Counted from the first letter of the stretch, positions 20,011 to 30,795 are shown. The stretch is 64,000 nucleotides of DNA from a virus (IMGVR_UViG_3300032315_001604:96001-160000), one strand, 5' to 3'. Made by a program: numbers and translations. Notes: generated by a model from the sequence alone, not told the origin.

Positions 20011-23000
20011 TTAAATTATTTCAACAGTATAAGTTCCTGTTAAAAGATTGTTTGTTCTGTATACATAATAATTATCGTTTCCACCGTAGATATTAGCAAA
20101 TGGTGTAATCGATAATTGTGTCATGTCATTAAAATTAAATCCATTGATTCTAATTAATGCCGTTGTTCCAAATCTAATTGGGTATGCAACATAAATATAT
20201 TCGTTTGTTGCATATACTGTTTTAGCTCCTAATGATAGGCGAGATGTTGCTAAAACACTATCATCCGCATTTGAATATATAGTTATATTATTTGCACTAA
20301 GTTGATTTGTTGCACCAAAATATACTCTATATCTCCAATTTGCATTAATAGTTCTTGTATGTTCAGCATTAGACCAATCGGTTACTTTTACGCTCCACGA
20401 ACTTGTTTGTTGTGTAGCAGTTCCTCCGATACTACTAATACTATATGTATTTGTGTCATTGTAAGAAGAGAATGTAAAAGTATTTGTACCTACTGTTGTT
20501 AATCCAGTAGGTAAAGTTAATGTGTATTTTGATACTGCTTGTGGTTCAACTTTTGTGCTATTCCAAACAAGAGAAGGTGAAACTAAAGATTGACCTATTT
20601 CTAATGTTAGAGAGCTAGAACCATTTAATAATAAATATGAAAAATTTGGCGCAACATATAAAAATGCATTTAATGCTTGTTTAATACCTGTTAAACTTGG
20701 TCTTTCTAAACTACCAAAATCAAGTTCTCTGGAATAAACAATTTGTTGCGAACTTACATTTCCTGTAACATTTAATTGTCCAGAAACACTTAAATTACCA
20801 GTTAAAGATCCACCTGATAATGCTAAGAAATTATTTTTAACATAATTTTGAGTAGCATACGTTGCACTATTACTGTTTACGTTACTATAAACGCTGTTCC
20901 ATTGATTGGAATTACCATTATTAGCATAAACAAGACCTGATCCACTAATAACACCAGCAACCGTCAATGCATTTTCTTGTGAATCAGTTCCAATACCAAC
21001 CTGCCCTCTTGGAATGTAAACACCAGATGGCGCATATATAAAATACTGTCTAGATTTTGTTGATGATATATTATTTGTTAATGTATTGTCTCCAGACCAT
21101 GCATAACTATAATCATATGCTGCTGTTGCTTTATAACCAGCAGCATGAGAAACTAATCCTTTAGATTCTGCATATCTTCCTTCTGCATGACTATATAACC
21201 CAGAAGCTATTGTAGACGCACCTTCCGCATGACTATAAGTGCCAGAAGCTATTGTAACCGCACCTTCTGCATGACTCGATTCTCCAGAAGCTGTTGTACT
21301 ATCACCTTCTGAATGACTAAAATTACCAGAAGCCGTAGTTTCATATCCCTCTGCATGACTCGATTCTCCAGAAGCTTTGGTGTTTTCCCCTTCAGTATGA
21401 CTTGAATCACCAGAAGCTGTTGTTGAATTTCCTTCAGCATGACTAAACGATCCTAATGCTTTTCCTGATCCTTCTTCGACTCTGCCAGTAAACTTAACAT
21501 TTACCGCACTTAAATTATTTGTAACATTTAAATTACCTGATATTTGACCACCAGAAAGTGGTAAAAATTTATTATTTGTGAAAAGAATAGTGGCATATCT
21601 TGCACTATTACTGATTACATTACTATAAACATTGTTCCAATTTGCAGAAGTACTGTTAACAACGGAAGTTACTGACAATTCTGTTGCACTATTAGCAAAA
21701 ACCCAATTAGAACCTTTGTACGAATTTAAAATATCAGCACTATTGGAGTTTACAAAACTTCTAGCAGATTGATCTAAAGAACTATTGGCATTTGTGTAGC
21801 TGTAAACAGAATTCCATTGATTAGAATTACCATTATTAGCATAAACAATACTTGTTCCGCTGATAATACCAACAACACTTAAAGCATTTGCTTGAGAATC
21901 TGTTCCAACACCAAGCTGTCCTGCAACAAACATACCACCAGAAGCAGATACCATGTATTGACCCGTTCTAGTTGTTGAAACGTTTTTTGTAAGAGTTCCT
22001 AAGTTACCATCTGACCAAGCATATGTATAATTTTGAGCAGCAGTTGATCTAAAACCTGCTGCATGACTTGCATCTCCAGAAGCTACTGTTTGATATCCTT
22101 CTGCATGACTTGAACTTCCAGAAGCTCTTGTCACCTGTCCTTCTGCATGACTTGCACTTCCAGAAGCTACTGTTTGAAAACCTTCTGCATGACTTTGATT
22201 GGTAGAAGCTACTGTTTGAAAACCTTCTGCATGACTATTTTGCCCAGAAGCGGTGGTTGCGGCTCCTTCTGCATGACTTGCATCTCCAGAAGCTAATGTT
22301 ACGTTTCCTTCAGCATGACTATAGAATCCAGAAGCTTCCGTACTATTACCTTCCGCATGACTAAACGATCCTAATGCTTTTCCTGATCCTTCTTCGACTC
22401 TGCCAGTAAACTTAACATTTACAGCACTTAAATTATTATTAACATTTAAATTTCCTGTAATTTGACCACCACTTAAAGGTAAAAATTTGTTATTGCTAAA
22501 AAGGATAGTGGCATATGTTGCACTATTACTGTTTACATTACTATAAACAGAATTCCAACTGGCTGATGTACTATTGACTACACTTGTAACTGAAAGTTCT
22601 GTAGCACTATTAGCAAAAACCCAATTAGAACCTTTATAACCGTTGATAATAGAAGCACTATTAGAATTTACAAATGATGTTGCAGCCAATTCCGTAGAAC
22701 TATTAGCATTTACAAAAGCGGTAGCAGCTAATTCTGTTGCACTGTTTGCAAAAACCCAACTAGATCCTTTATAACCATTAATAATAGTAGAACTATTAGC
22801 ATTTACAAATGATCTAGAAGCCTGATCAAAAGAACTATTAGTATTTGTATAAGAATAAACACTATTCCAATTTAAACTATTGGTTTTAGCACCAGTAATA
22901 TTACCAGTAATAGTTAAATCCCCATTTATATTGACGTTATTTGTATAAAGAGTGTTTGTTTGTGTTCCGATGATGTTGTTACCAACAATAAAAGAGTTAT

Positions 23001-23178
23001 TTGCGCTTAAAATGTTGTTTTGACCACCTAAAATTGCCGAATTGTTACTTGGTACAAAGTTATTACTTCCACCTAGCACAGAACTATTATTTCCTGATAC
23101 CGCATTGGAGGTAGAACCGATTCTAACTTGACCTTTATTTGAATCGATATAAAGAGATTTGCTATTAATAAATTCCAT
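20011..23178 (-). CDS. tail fibre/adhesin with NSNSA stalk repeats and SHAEG heads
   Basis: Duplicated module WNSVYSNVNSNSA - FLPLSGGQI - SHAEG repeats - neck. Confidence 0.8.
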   Translation of the reverse strand: MEFINSKSLYIDSNKGQVRIGSTSNAVSGNNSSVLGGSNNFVPSNNSAILGGQNNILSANNSFIVGNNIIGTQTNTLYTNNVNINGDLTITGNITGAKTNSLNWNSVYSYTNTNSSFDQASRSFVNANSSTIINGYKGSSWVFANSATELAATAFVNANSSTELAATSFVNSNSASIINGYKGSNWVFANSATELSVTSVVNSTSASWNSVYSNVNSNSATYATILFSNNKFLPLSGGQITGNLNVNNNLSAVNVKFTGRVEEGSGKALGSFSHAEGNSTEASGFYSHAEGNVTLASGDASHAEGAATTASGQNSHAEGFQTVASTNQSHAEGFQTVASGSASHAEGQVTRASGSSSHAEGYQTVASGDASHAAGFRSTAAQNYTYAWSDGNLGTLTKNVSTTRTGQYMVSASGGMFVAGQLGVGTDSQANALSVVGIISGTSIVYANNGNSNQWNSVYSYTNANSSLDQSARSFVNSNSADILNSYKGSNWVFANSATELSVTSVVNSTSANWNNVYSNVISNSARYATILFTNNKFLPLSGGQISGNLNVTNNLSAVNVKFTGRVEEGSGKALGSFSHAEGNSTTASGDSSHTEGENTKASGESSHAEGYETTASGNFSHSEGDSTTASGESSHAEGAVTIASGTYSHAEGASTIASGLYSHAEGRYAESKGLVSHAAGYKATAAYDYSYAWSGDNTLTNNISSTKSRQYFIYAPSGVYIPRGQVGIGTDSQENALTVAGVISGSGLVYANNGNSNQWNSVYSNVNSNSATYATQNYVKNNFLALSGGSLTGNLSVSGQLNVTGNVSSQQIVYSRELDFGSLERPSLTGIKQALNAFLYVAPNFSYLLLNGSSSLTLEIGQSLVSPSLVWNSTKVEPQAVSKYTLTLPTGLTTVGTNTFTFSSYNDTNTYSISSIGGTATQQTSSWSVKVTDWSNAEHTRTINANWRYRVYFGATNQLSANNITIYSNADDSVLATSRLSLGAKTVYATNEYIYVAYPIRFGTTALIRINGFNFNDMTQLSITPFANIYGGNDNYYVYRTNNLLTGTYTVEII
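21437..22422. repeat. 68-bp exact direct repeat (21437-21504 and 22355-22422)
   Basis: GCATGACTAAACGATCC...CTTAACATTTAC is identical in both copies. Confidence 0.9.
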
Positions 23179-23214
23179 CGTTTATATTTACAATATAAAG
23201 TGTAAATATATGAA

Positions 23215-23529
23215 ATGAAATTCGAAGAACTCTACAATAAAGTTGCTCCTTTATATATTAAGGAACAAGAAGAACAAACATCACCAATGCAAGTATCAGA
23301 CGAAATATCGTCACAACTACCAACACCTGATACCGTTGATTTAAACGAAGAAAAATATAAAACTTTATTATTAGCTTTAAAAAAAGCATTAGAAGTAGCA
23401 GCAAAAGACGATTTAGAAAAAAGAAAAGTAGTATCTGATATTAATATCGATGCAGATCCTAAAGCAGCAGAAGAACAATTGATTTCAATTTTAAATACAG
23501 ATTCTTCCGAGTTTCCACAATCACAATAA
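23215..23529 (+). CDS. small acidic protein, candidate internal head protein
   Basis: TAAATA 6 nt upstream of ATG; MKFEELYNKVAPLYIKE N-terminus. Confidence 0.6.
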   Translation: MKFEELYNKVAPLYIKEQEEQTSPMQVSDEISSQLPTPDTVDLNEEKYKTLLLALKKALEVAAKDDLEKRKVVSDINIDADPKAAEEQLISILNTDSSEFPQSQ

Positions 23530-23566
23530 TAGTTGCATTTTGTCAAAACTTTAGTAATATAAAGTA

Positions 23567-23869
23567 ATGACAAAGACAAAAAAATACTCAAGTGAAGATT
23601 TATCTCTTTCTAAAAAAGATATTAAAACAATTTTAGAATGTATTTTATTTTCATCTTCGGTTGATGTTTGTGCGTCATGGTATAAAGAAGATACTAATAG
23701 AATGTTAGATTTGGCGGAACGTCTTCGTATGGAACATACTGATATTCCAATTGAAAATGTTTATATTTCTCGATTTGAAGATGAAGAACATCCATTTATG
23801 GATGAACAAACCCAAAGAATCGTTGATGCTTTCCCAGAAATTGAAAAAATAGAAAAGTTTAGTTTATGA
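23567..23869 (+). CDS. hypothetical protein
   Basis: 100-aa ORF behind a TTGCAT-16-TAATAT promoter, overlapping the next gene. Confidence 0.6.
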   Translation: MTKTKKYSSEDLSLSKKDIKTILECILFSSSVDVCASWYKEDTNRMLDLAERLRMEHTDIPIENVYISRFEDEEHPFMDEQTQRIVDAFPEIEKIEKFSL

Positions 23870-24501
23870 AAATTGCTGTAAGCGGAACACAAAATACTGG
23901 AAAATCTACATACATTCAAGATTTTATAAAAAAATGGCCAATGTATGAAACATGTTCTAGTTCTTATCGTGATCTAATCAAAGAAAAAAAGATTACTCAT
24001 AGTAAAGAAGGAACAGAAGAAACACAAAAAACAATTTTAAATTATTTGGTGGATCAAGCAATCGAATCTTCAAAAAAAGATTTTGCGATTTTAGATAGAT
24101 GCATTTTGGATAATTTGGCATATTCTTCTTGGCTTCATCTTAATGAAAAAGTATCAGAAAAGTTTTTAGACGAAAGTAGAATTTTGGTTAGAGAAACTTT
24201 AAAATTGTTTGATATTATTTTCTTTATACCTTTAACTAGAGTTGCAGAAATTCCAATTGAAGATAATAATACAAGAGAAATTGATCCTGTTTATCGAGAA
24301 GAAGTTGATGTGATTTTTAAGGCATTTCAAGAATCTTATCATCGAGGAGATGGTAGAATTTTTCCAAAAGGAGATAGTCCACCGATTGTTGAAATTTTTG
24401 GAAATAGAGAAGAAAGAATTAAATTAACAGAGTTATATATCCGAGAAGACGGAAAATGTTTTGGCGAGGATGAAAGTTTAATCATTCCCGCAACAATGTA
24501 A
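23866..24501 (+). CDS. P-loop nucleotide kinase (AAA_28 / dNMP-kinase-like)
   Basis: IAVSGTQNTGKST Walker A and DRCILDNLAY. Confidence 0.75.
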   Translation: MKIAVSGTQNTGKSTYIQDFIKKWPMYETCSSSYRDLIKEKKITHSKEGTEETQKTILNYLVDQAIESSKKDFAILDRCILDNLAYSSWLHLNEKVSEKFLDESRILVRETLKLFDIIFFIPLTRVAEIPIEDNNTREIDPVYREEVDVIFKAFQESYHRGDGRIFPKGDSPPIVEIFGNREERIKLTELYIREDGKCFGEDESLIIPATM

Positions 24502-24547
24502 AATAAAGGTTTGATTTTTTTAGAATCTTTTAGTATCATATGAGTAT

Positions 24548-25501
24548 ATGATATTGCCTGAAACCTATGTATTAGGTAAATTTTATGCTTATGCTGGCGA
24601 TCCTGAATATCGCAAGTATGATAATGTTTATAATGCAGGGTGTCCTGTTTGCCGTGAAGGAAGTAGTTGGGGAAAGAAAAAAAGACTATACTATTATCCA
24701 TCTACCAATACATTTTTTTGTTTCAATTGTTCCAAATCTTGGTCTGCTTTCAATTGGCTAAAAGAAGCATGTAATATCAATTCTGACGAAATACAATCCG
24801 AATTAATTCAAAATAAAACTTCTTTTGATATTAATAAAAAAACAACATATCAAAAAACAAAAAAGAATTTACCAGATTTACCTTACGATTCTATAAATCT
24901 GTGTGACTCTATTCAAAAAAACTTTTACATAAAAAATGAAGTGTTTGTTCATGCATTGGAATATATTCAAAAAAGAAGATTGCTAACAGCGATTAATAAA
25001 TCACCTAATTTATACATAAGTTTAACTGATTTTTATCATAAAAACAGAATATGCATACCATTTCATGATAGAAACAAAAAAATTATGTTCTATCAAACTA
25101 GAGTTTTGGACGATTCAATTCCGAAATATCTTGGAAAGGTGGGTTATGATAAAACATTGTTTGGAATAGACAGAATTGACTCAAATTTAGATTATATTTT
25201 TATATTCGAAGGACCAATTGATGCAATGTTTGTTAAGAATGGCATCAGTGCAGCAGGATTAAACATAACTCAAAAACAACTACAACAATTATCAGAATTT
25301 CCCTTGCACGAAAAAATATGGATATTAGATAATCCAAGATATGATAAAACTGCTAAAGAAAAAACATGCGAATTAATCAATAAAGGACAAAAAGTTTTTA
25401 GATGGCCAATCGATTTAAATTATAAAGACTTTAATGAAATGGCTGTAACAGAACAGCTAAACGAAATCGATTATAATTTAATTTTAAAGAATATATATTA
25501 G
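24548..25501 (+). CDS. gp61: DNA primase
   Basis: Zinc motif CPVC...FFCFNC, FYQTR, TOPRIM FEGPIDAMF/WILDN, KDFNEM. Confidence 0.92.
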   Translation: MILPETYVLGKFYAYAGDPEYRKYDNVYNAGCPVCREGSSWGKKKRLYYYPSTNTFFCFNCSKSWSAFNWLKEACNINSDEIQSELIQNKTSFDINKKTTYQKTKKNLPDLPYDSINLCDSIQKNFYIKNEVFVHALEYIQKRRLLTAINKSPNLYISLTDFYHKNRICIPFHDRNKKIMFYQTRVLDDSIPKYLGKVGYDKTLFGIDRIDSNLDYIFIFEGPIDAMFVKNGISAAGLNITQKQLQQLSEFPLHEKIWILDNPRYDKTAKEKTCELINKGQKVFRWPIDLNYKDFNEMAVTEQLNEIDYNLILKNIY

Positions 25502-26112
25502 CTACCCATCTTAAGCTGTTCAGTATCGCGCAACTTTTTAGGTGCTGTATTAATATATGTATTTAAAATCTCTTTCAATTTTTCGATTTCACCAGCAATA
25601 CGTGTGATACTGTCAGATGCTTTACGTGTAATACCGCGCAATATACTTCCTGCACGGTCATTATCAGCTAAAATCTTATGTAAATTATCTTCTTCTGGAC
25701 TATTTAAGAACATTGCGAACTCGTCTAATTTTTTAGACCATTCAACAATTTTTTCAACATTTTGAACAGTCAATTCTGGAGAAACCCCTTCAATATCAAA
25801 TTGAGAAGGATCGGTTTCAGGTTGTAAAGATTTCTGAAAATCTTCTTTATTTGCTTCTGGAGTAAAATCTTCAGGATTTTTAGGTTGATCTTCAGATGTT
25901 TCTTCTACATCTGTTTTTATTTCAACGTCTTCTTGCTCTTTAATTAAAGAATAAAGAAAGCTTTTTACAAAAGGAAAATCGGAATCTTCAGTTAAATCCA
26001 AGCGAGACATGTTCGATTTTAAAATTCTATCGACTTCGCTTTTTGCTTTTTTAGAAATTTGTGGTATATTTGTTTTAGACATCTTCTTTTTGACTTTCTT
26101 TGGTTTTTTCAT
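25498..26112 (-). CDS. hypothetical late protein (basic N-terminus, acidic middle)
   Basis: TAAATA 6 nt upstream of ATG 26112. Confidence 0.6.
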   Translation of the reverse strand: MKKPKKVKKKMSKTNIPQISKKAKSEVDRILKSNMSRLDLTEDSDFPFVKSFLYSLIKEQEDVEIKTDVEETSEDQPKNPEDFTPEANKEDFQKSLQPETDPSQFDIEGVSPELTVQNVEKIVEWSKKLDEFAMFLNSPEEDNLHKILADNDRAGSILRGITRKASDSITRIAGEIEKLKEILNTYINTAPKKLRDTEQLKMGS

Positions 26113-26128
26113 TACAATTATTTACCAT

Positions 26129-26827
26129 ATGTATTTACTCAAAAACACTGACAATTTAGAAAAATTATATAAATTTGTAATAGCCACGCCATATTCTGAT
26201 CAAAATACTTTCAAAAGTAAAGCACAGATTTCATTATCTTTAGATAAAATGGGATGGACTGACATTTCTCATATTGAATATGGAAATAAACAAGGACTTC
26301 CAAAATTATATAATTCTTTTATAAAAGAAGAAAATAGAGATAAACGTATTATTTTTATTCATCATGATGTATTAATAGATGATATGTTACTTTTAGAAAA
26401 ACTAGAAATAGCTTTTAACAAATATGATATTGTTGGGTTAGCAGGTAGTAAAAAATGTAATTTAAATTCTCCATTACCAGCTTGGCATTTAATGTGCAAT
26501 AGAGAAGATATGGTTGGCGAAGTCTCACACGGAAAAGATCAAAATTATTGGACTACGGTTTTTGGTCCTACCGATTCAAGAGCTTTAATTCTAGACGGTC
26601 TTTTTATTGCTGTTAAAACAGACAAACTTTTAGACACAAAAACATTTTTTGATGAAAATTTTGATTTTCATCATTACGACATTAGTTTTTGTATAAAAGC
26701 AAACGCAAACAAATTAAAAATGGGAGTCTATCCAATAAAGGTAACACATTTTGGTTTAGGAGATAGTATGAACTCTAATGCTTGGCAACATAGTGCTGAA
26801 AAATTTAAAAAAATTTACATTAAATGA
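26129..26827 (+). CDS. GT-A glycosyltransferase-like family (StrF / Glyco_tranf_2_5-like)
   Basis: FIHHDV, DIVGLAGS, LDGLFIAV, FDENFDFHHYDISFC, H.GLG motifs; start placed at ATG 26129. Confidence 0.8.
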   Translation: MYLLKNTDNLEKLYKFVIATPYSDQNTFKSKAQISLSLDKMGWTDISHIEYGNKQGLPKLYNSFIKEENRDKRIIFIHHDVLIDDMLLLEKLEIAFNKYDIVGLAGSKKCNLNSPLPAWHLMCNREDMVGEVSHGKDQNYWTTVFGPTDSRALILDGLFIAVKTDKLLDTKTFFDENFDFHHYDISFCIKANANKLKMGVYPIKVTHFGLGDSMNSNAWQHSAEKFKKIYIK

Positions 26828-27366
26828 TACAAATGTTTTTAAATTTAGGATTGGAAAAAGAATATGAGATTTTATCGATTGATTGTATAGATCTTTCAAA
26901 GGCTACTGTGTTTTTTGGTGATGAAAATAAACGAAAAAGTGATTTAACTGATATGTCTAAATTTATTTCATCAGTTCCATATGGGAAATATACTGTATAT
27001 AAAAGCGGAAGTCAACATCCGTTGCCACTTTATAACAATTCTAATGATTTCCCTTATATAGTTAATAATCATACTGGAAATTTATTAAAACCAAATTGTA
27101 GTAGAGCAGTTTATCCGTGTTATACTATTGATAATGGTATATGCAGTAAACGTGTATATGCTCATAGAATTTTTGCTATGGCATTTATAGATAATTTTAT
27201 TCCAGAAATTAACTATAATGTTAATCATATTAATGAAGATAAATTAGATTATCGTGTTCATAACATGGAATGGGTTTCAACTTCAAAAAATATGAAAAAC
27301 ATTCGAAATACAGCAAATAAAAAAAATATTAATTTTAAATTTTATTCTAGTGAAAATTACATATGA
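26824..27366 (+). mobile_element. free-standing HNH homing endonuclease
   Basis: YAHRIFAMAFI...VNHINEDKLDYRVHNMEWVSTSKN (HNH_3-type). Confidence 0.8.
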
Positions 27367-27740
27367 AAAAGAAAAATAACAATAATAATTTATTCGATGT
27401 TTTAAATTGGATATTGAAAAGTAAAAAAAAGTTGCCAGAAAATACATTTCAATCAAATTTTATTTTAAATAGATGGCTTTCAATGACATCTCCTGATATA
27501 GCACAGATAATAAATGTTACAGGCAATAGATGGTCAAAATATACCAAAGACTTTTCATTAGCAGAATTTTATCATTCCGTACTTCCAAAATTTTCTAAAA
27601 CAATTCAATATATTAAAAAAGAACAAAAAAATACCGAAAATGAAAATTTAAAACTTTTAGCAGAAAATATGGAAATATCTATAAAAGATGTTCTTTTTTT
27701 AGAAAAGTCACTTGAAGATTTAAATAACTGTTCTAAATAA
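27363..27740 (+). CDS. gp62: clamp loader small subunit
   Basis: FDVLNWI...FILNRWLSM...FYHSVLPK..IQYIKK resembles T4-like gp62. Confidence 0.7.
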   Translation: MKKKNNNNNLFDVLNWILKSKKKLPENTFQSNFILNRWLSMTSPDIAQIINVTGNRWSKYTKDFSLAEFYHSVLPKFSKTIQYIKKEQKNTENENLKLLAENMEISIKDVLFLEKSLEDLNNCSK

Positions 27741-27747
27741 ATTAAAT

Positions 27748-28137
27748 ATGATACCTAGACCTCCTCAAGAAGATAAAATCGGTGGAAAAGTTCAATTAGA
27801 TAGTTATATTGGACATGAAATGAATTTGGATGAATGGACTTTGACAAAAGTATTAGATGACATTTTAATGTGTCAGTATATCGATGTCAGTGAAGACGGA
27901 CAAGAAGTAAAGCGCGGTTCAATATGGGTTCCTGTAAACACTGTAAACTTTACATGGCGTTTAGCAAAAGTTCTTTTATCTGGTCCTGACTGTAAAACAG
28001 TTGAAAGCGGTGATATTGTCATGTTCCCTAATGATAAGGGAATTCAAGTAGCCAATATGAATGGTTTAAAAAATGTTGTGTTTTTAAACGAGTCCAGAAT
28101 TTTTGGTGTATGTGAACCAAAAAAATCTGAAACATAA
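27748..28137 (+). CDS. GroES-like co-chaperonin
   Basis: VLDDILM...KRGSIWVP...AKVLLSGPDCKTVESGDIVMFP. Confidence 0.75.
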   Translation: MIPRPPQEDKIGGKVQLDSYIGHEMNLDEWTLTKVLDDILMCQYIDVSEDGQEVKRGSIWVPVNTVNFTWRLAKVLLSGPDCKTVESGDIVMFPNDKGIQVANMNGLKNVVFLNESRIFGVCEPKKSET

Positions 28138-28142
28138 TTTTT

Positions 28143-28523
28143 ATGGCTTTGAGTGTTGGCGGCTTAACAAAACTATGTTTGTCTAATGTAGTTGAATTAA
28201 AGTTTGTACGTCGAAACAAATTAAGAATACCGCCAACTAGACGTATGCTTTGCACATTGGATTCAACTTTATTAAACTCAACTTTAGGAAAAGAAATTTT
28301 AAATTTTAAACCACCGAAATACTCTCCTCCTTACAATGCTGCATCGAAAGGATTGGTTGTAGTTTGGGATGTAATCATGCAAGATTGGAGAGCGGTTCCT
28401 GCGGATAGCTGCGAAGTTGTTACAGCAATAACCACAAAACCAGTTTCAACTTTTTGGAAATATTTTGATACAGTTTTAACTAAAATGAATGCTTCACAGA
28501 AAAAAGCTTTCATGGACAAATAA
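28143..28523 (+). CDS. SH3/Sm-like (WYL_2-like) small protein
   Basis: VVELKFVR...RRMLCTLD...VVVWDV..QDWRAVP pattern. Confidence 0.55.
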   Translation: MALSVGGLTKLCLSNVVELKFVRRNKLRIPPTRRMLCTLDSTLLNSTLGKEILNFKPPKYSPPYNAASKGLVVVWDVIMQDWRAVPADSCEVVTAITTKPVSTFWKYFDTVLTKMNASQKKAFMDK

Positions 28524-28876
28524 TGACAATTCACGGATCAAAATTAGAAAATGCTTGCAGATTTCTTTTACAAAAAGAAATAACTATAGATTTGGGAAAA
28601 AAATTACACAAAAAAGGAAAATTAATTTTATTTTATCAGAAAAACTTTCATTTGATTTTTATAATGAATACTGCTAAAAAAGATAAAGAAAAGATTGAAT
28701 TGCCTATTCCTTATGACGTAGAAGTTCATCATGATGATAATCTAGTATATTTCGATTATCGAATTAAATCGTTGGCAAAATATGCACCTGAAATTGAAAC
28801 AAATTTAATTTTATATCCATTAAAAGTTGCAGGTAATAAATTTTGGGATATAATAGTAACTATAGATGGAAACTAA
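28523..28876 (+). CDS. hypothetical protein
   Basis: 117-aa ORF, translationally coupled. Confidence 0.55.
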   Translation: MTIHGSKLENACRFLLQKEITIDLGKKLHKKGKLILFYQKNFHLIFIMNTAKKDKEKIELPIPYDVEVHHDDNLVYFDYRIKSLAKYAPEIETNLILYPLKVAGNKFWDIIVTIDGN

Positions 28877-29129
28877 TAGTAATACCGTTTGGATTTATAG
28901 CGTTTTTTCAGGAACATTATATCAATTACCAGAAAAAGATATATCTTTATTAGATATAGGTCAGTTGCCCTTGCTTAAAAAGCCTAATACTAGTTGTAAA
29001 AAATGCTATGGTAAGATGGATTTGGGAAGAGATGCACAAAATTATGCATACGTTCCATGTTCTTGCTTGAGAAAAGTTATAAACTTTGATATACTAAAAA
29101 GTCTTGAAAGCGTTCAATTCACAAAATAG
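28866..29129 (+). CDS. small CxxC/CxC zinc-binding protein
   Basis: SCKKCYGK...VPCSC. Confidence 0.55.
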   Translation: METNSNTVWIYSVFSGTLYQLPEKDISLLDIGQLPLLKKPNTSCKKCYGKMDLGRDAQNYAYVPCSCLRKVINFDILKSLESVQFTK

Positions 29130-30768
29130 TATTTTAGATTTTTTTCCTAAAAATTCTCAACCAAGAACACAACAAAAAGAAGCTCTTCTTAAAATAGAAG
29201 AGTCCTTTAACAAAGGCAAAAAATTTGTAATAGGATGTTTACCTACAGGTTCAGGGAAAAGTCATATTGGATATACTGTAGGCTTATCATCAAGATTGAT
29301 GGATGCTGATCTTGTAGAACTTATTAAGAATTATTCAATCTATAAAAAAAATAAAAATGGCGATTATCATTATGAAGATAATTTTTTAAGTAAAAAACCA
29401 TCCTCTGCATTTATTTTAACTATTACAAAATCTTTACAAGAACAATATTTAGGATTATTTAATGACATCAAAGTTTTAAAGGGTAAAAATAACTATCAAT
29501 GTGATGTAGATGGAAACTTTAGTGCAGAAAATGCGCCATGTATCTTTTCAAAAAAACTTAAAAGCGACTGTTTTGACAAGTGTCGCTGTCCTTATTACGA
29601 AGCAAGGAACGATTCACTTGCATCACAATCTCCAATATTAAACTATCGTGTATTTTTTAACCTTCCTGACTTTTTAAAACGTAGAGAAATTTATATTTGC
29701 GATGAAGCAAGTGGTTTAGAAGATGAATTGGTTGCAAAATATTCGTTAAGTTTGCCTTATAACTTTTTAGAATTTGAAAAAATAAAATTTAAAAAAGTAT
29801 TAAGCGATAATGAAAGAGATTCTTTATTTTGGCTTCAAGATATTCAATTGCAAATAGATGATATCTATGAAGAAATAATTAATAATTTAAATTCTTATGA
29901 TATTTCATCACCTAATGACAAAAAATATCTTAAGGATATGCAACGACTTTCTAAAATATCAAAAATTAAACATACATTAAGCGATACAATCGATAATTGG
30001 GAAAAATGTTCATATCTTTTGGAAAAGAAAGATAAAGATGGTGTTGTTTTTTGTCCTTATAACATCAAACCACTTGCTAAAAAGCTTTTTGACAATGCAG
30101 ATAAAGTTTTAATGATGTCTGCAACAATCAGCAATCATGAAGTATATGCAAAAAGTCTTGGCATTGATGATTACGAATACTTTGAAGCAAAATCTTCTTT
30201 CGATCCAAAGAAATCTCCTATATTTTGCAGCAAAAAATATAAACTTTCTTATAAGAACATTGAAAAAGATCTACCACCAGTTATAGAAGCAGCAATGGCT
30301 ATTTGTGAAACACACAAAAACGAAAAAGGTGTAATCCATACACATACAAATAACATTACTGAAAAAATTAAAGGAAAAGTTAAAGGGGATAGAAGATTTT
30401 TATTCAAAGATGAAATAAACAATAACGAAATGCTTTTGGAAGAACATAAAGCCAATGAGGAAGCAACAATTTTAGTAAGTCCTTCATTAGATACAGGAAT
30501 TAGTTTGGATGATGAATTAGGAAGATTTCAAATTATTATTAAATCTCCTTATTTGCCTTTGGGTTCTAAAAGAATTAAAAAAATGTTTGAAAAAAATCCA
30601 AAACATTATACGATGAAAATGTTAGACAAACTAATTCAAATGTCAGGTCGATGCACTCGTTCAAAAAACGATTATTCAGTAACATATATTCTAGATGGAG
30701 TTGCAGTTGACGTAATTATGCGAGAAAAAACCAATCTACCGAAACATTTTTTAGAAAGATTTGTTTGA
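29104..30768 (+). CDS. DinG/YoaA-family Fe-S helicase
   Basis: LPTGSGKS, KGKNNYQC...APC...C...CPYY, CDEA, MSAT, GISLDD, QMSGRCTRSKNDY. Confidence 0.85.
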   Translation: MKAFNSQNSILDFFPKNSQPRTQQKEALLKIEESFNKGKKFVIGCLPTGSGKSHIGYTVGLSSRLMDADLVELIKNYSIYKKNKNGDYHYEDNFLSKKPSSAFILTITKSLQEQYLGLFNDIKVLKGKNNYQCDVDGNFSAENAPCIFSKKLKSDCFDKCRCPYYEARNDSLASQSPILNYRVFFNLPDFLKRREIYICDEASGLEDELVAKYSLSLPYNFLEFEKIKFKKVLSDNERDSLFWLQDIQLQIDDIYEEIINNLNSYDISSPNDKKYLKDMQRLSKISKIKHTLSDTIDNWEKCSYLLEKKDKDGVVFCPYNIKPLAKKLFDNADKVLMMSATISNHEVYAKSLGIDDYEYFEAKSSFDPKKSPIFCSKKYKLSYKNIEKDLPPVIEAAMAICETHKNEKGVIHTHTNNITEKIKGKVKGDRRFLFKDEINNNEMLLEEHKANEEATILVSPSLDTGISLDDELGRFQIIIKSPYLPLGSKRIKKMFEKNPKHYTMKMLDKLIQMSGRCTRSKNDYSVTYILDGVAVDVIMREKTNLPKHFLERFV

Positions 30769-30795
30769 TATCGTGTAGTATTGTAAATACTATAA

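Noticed and set aside
17264-21440. Short alternative-frame ORFs inside the SHAEG fibre genes
   Set aside because: Periodic shadows of the 42-bp repeat with no independent start signals.
12916-27366. GIY-YIG (12916) or HNH (26824) nuclease acting as the homing partner of the permuted intron
   Set aside because: Both are more than 20 kb away and nothing in the sequence links them to it.
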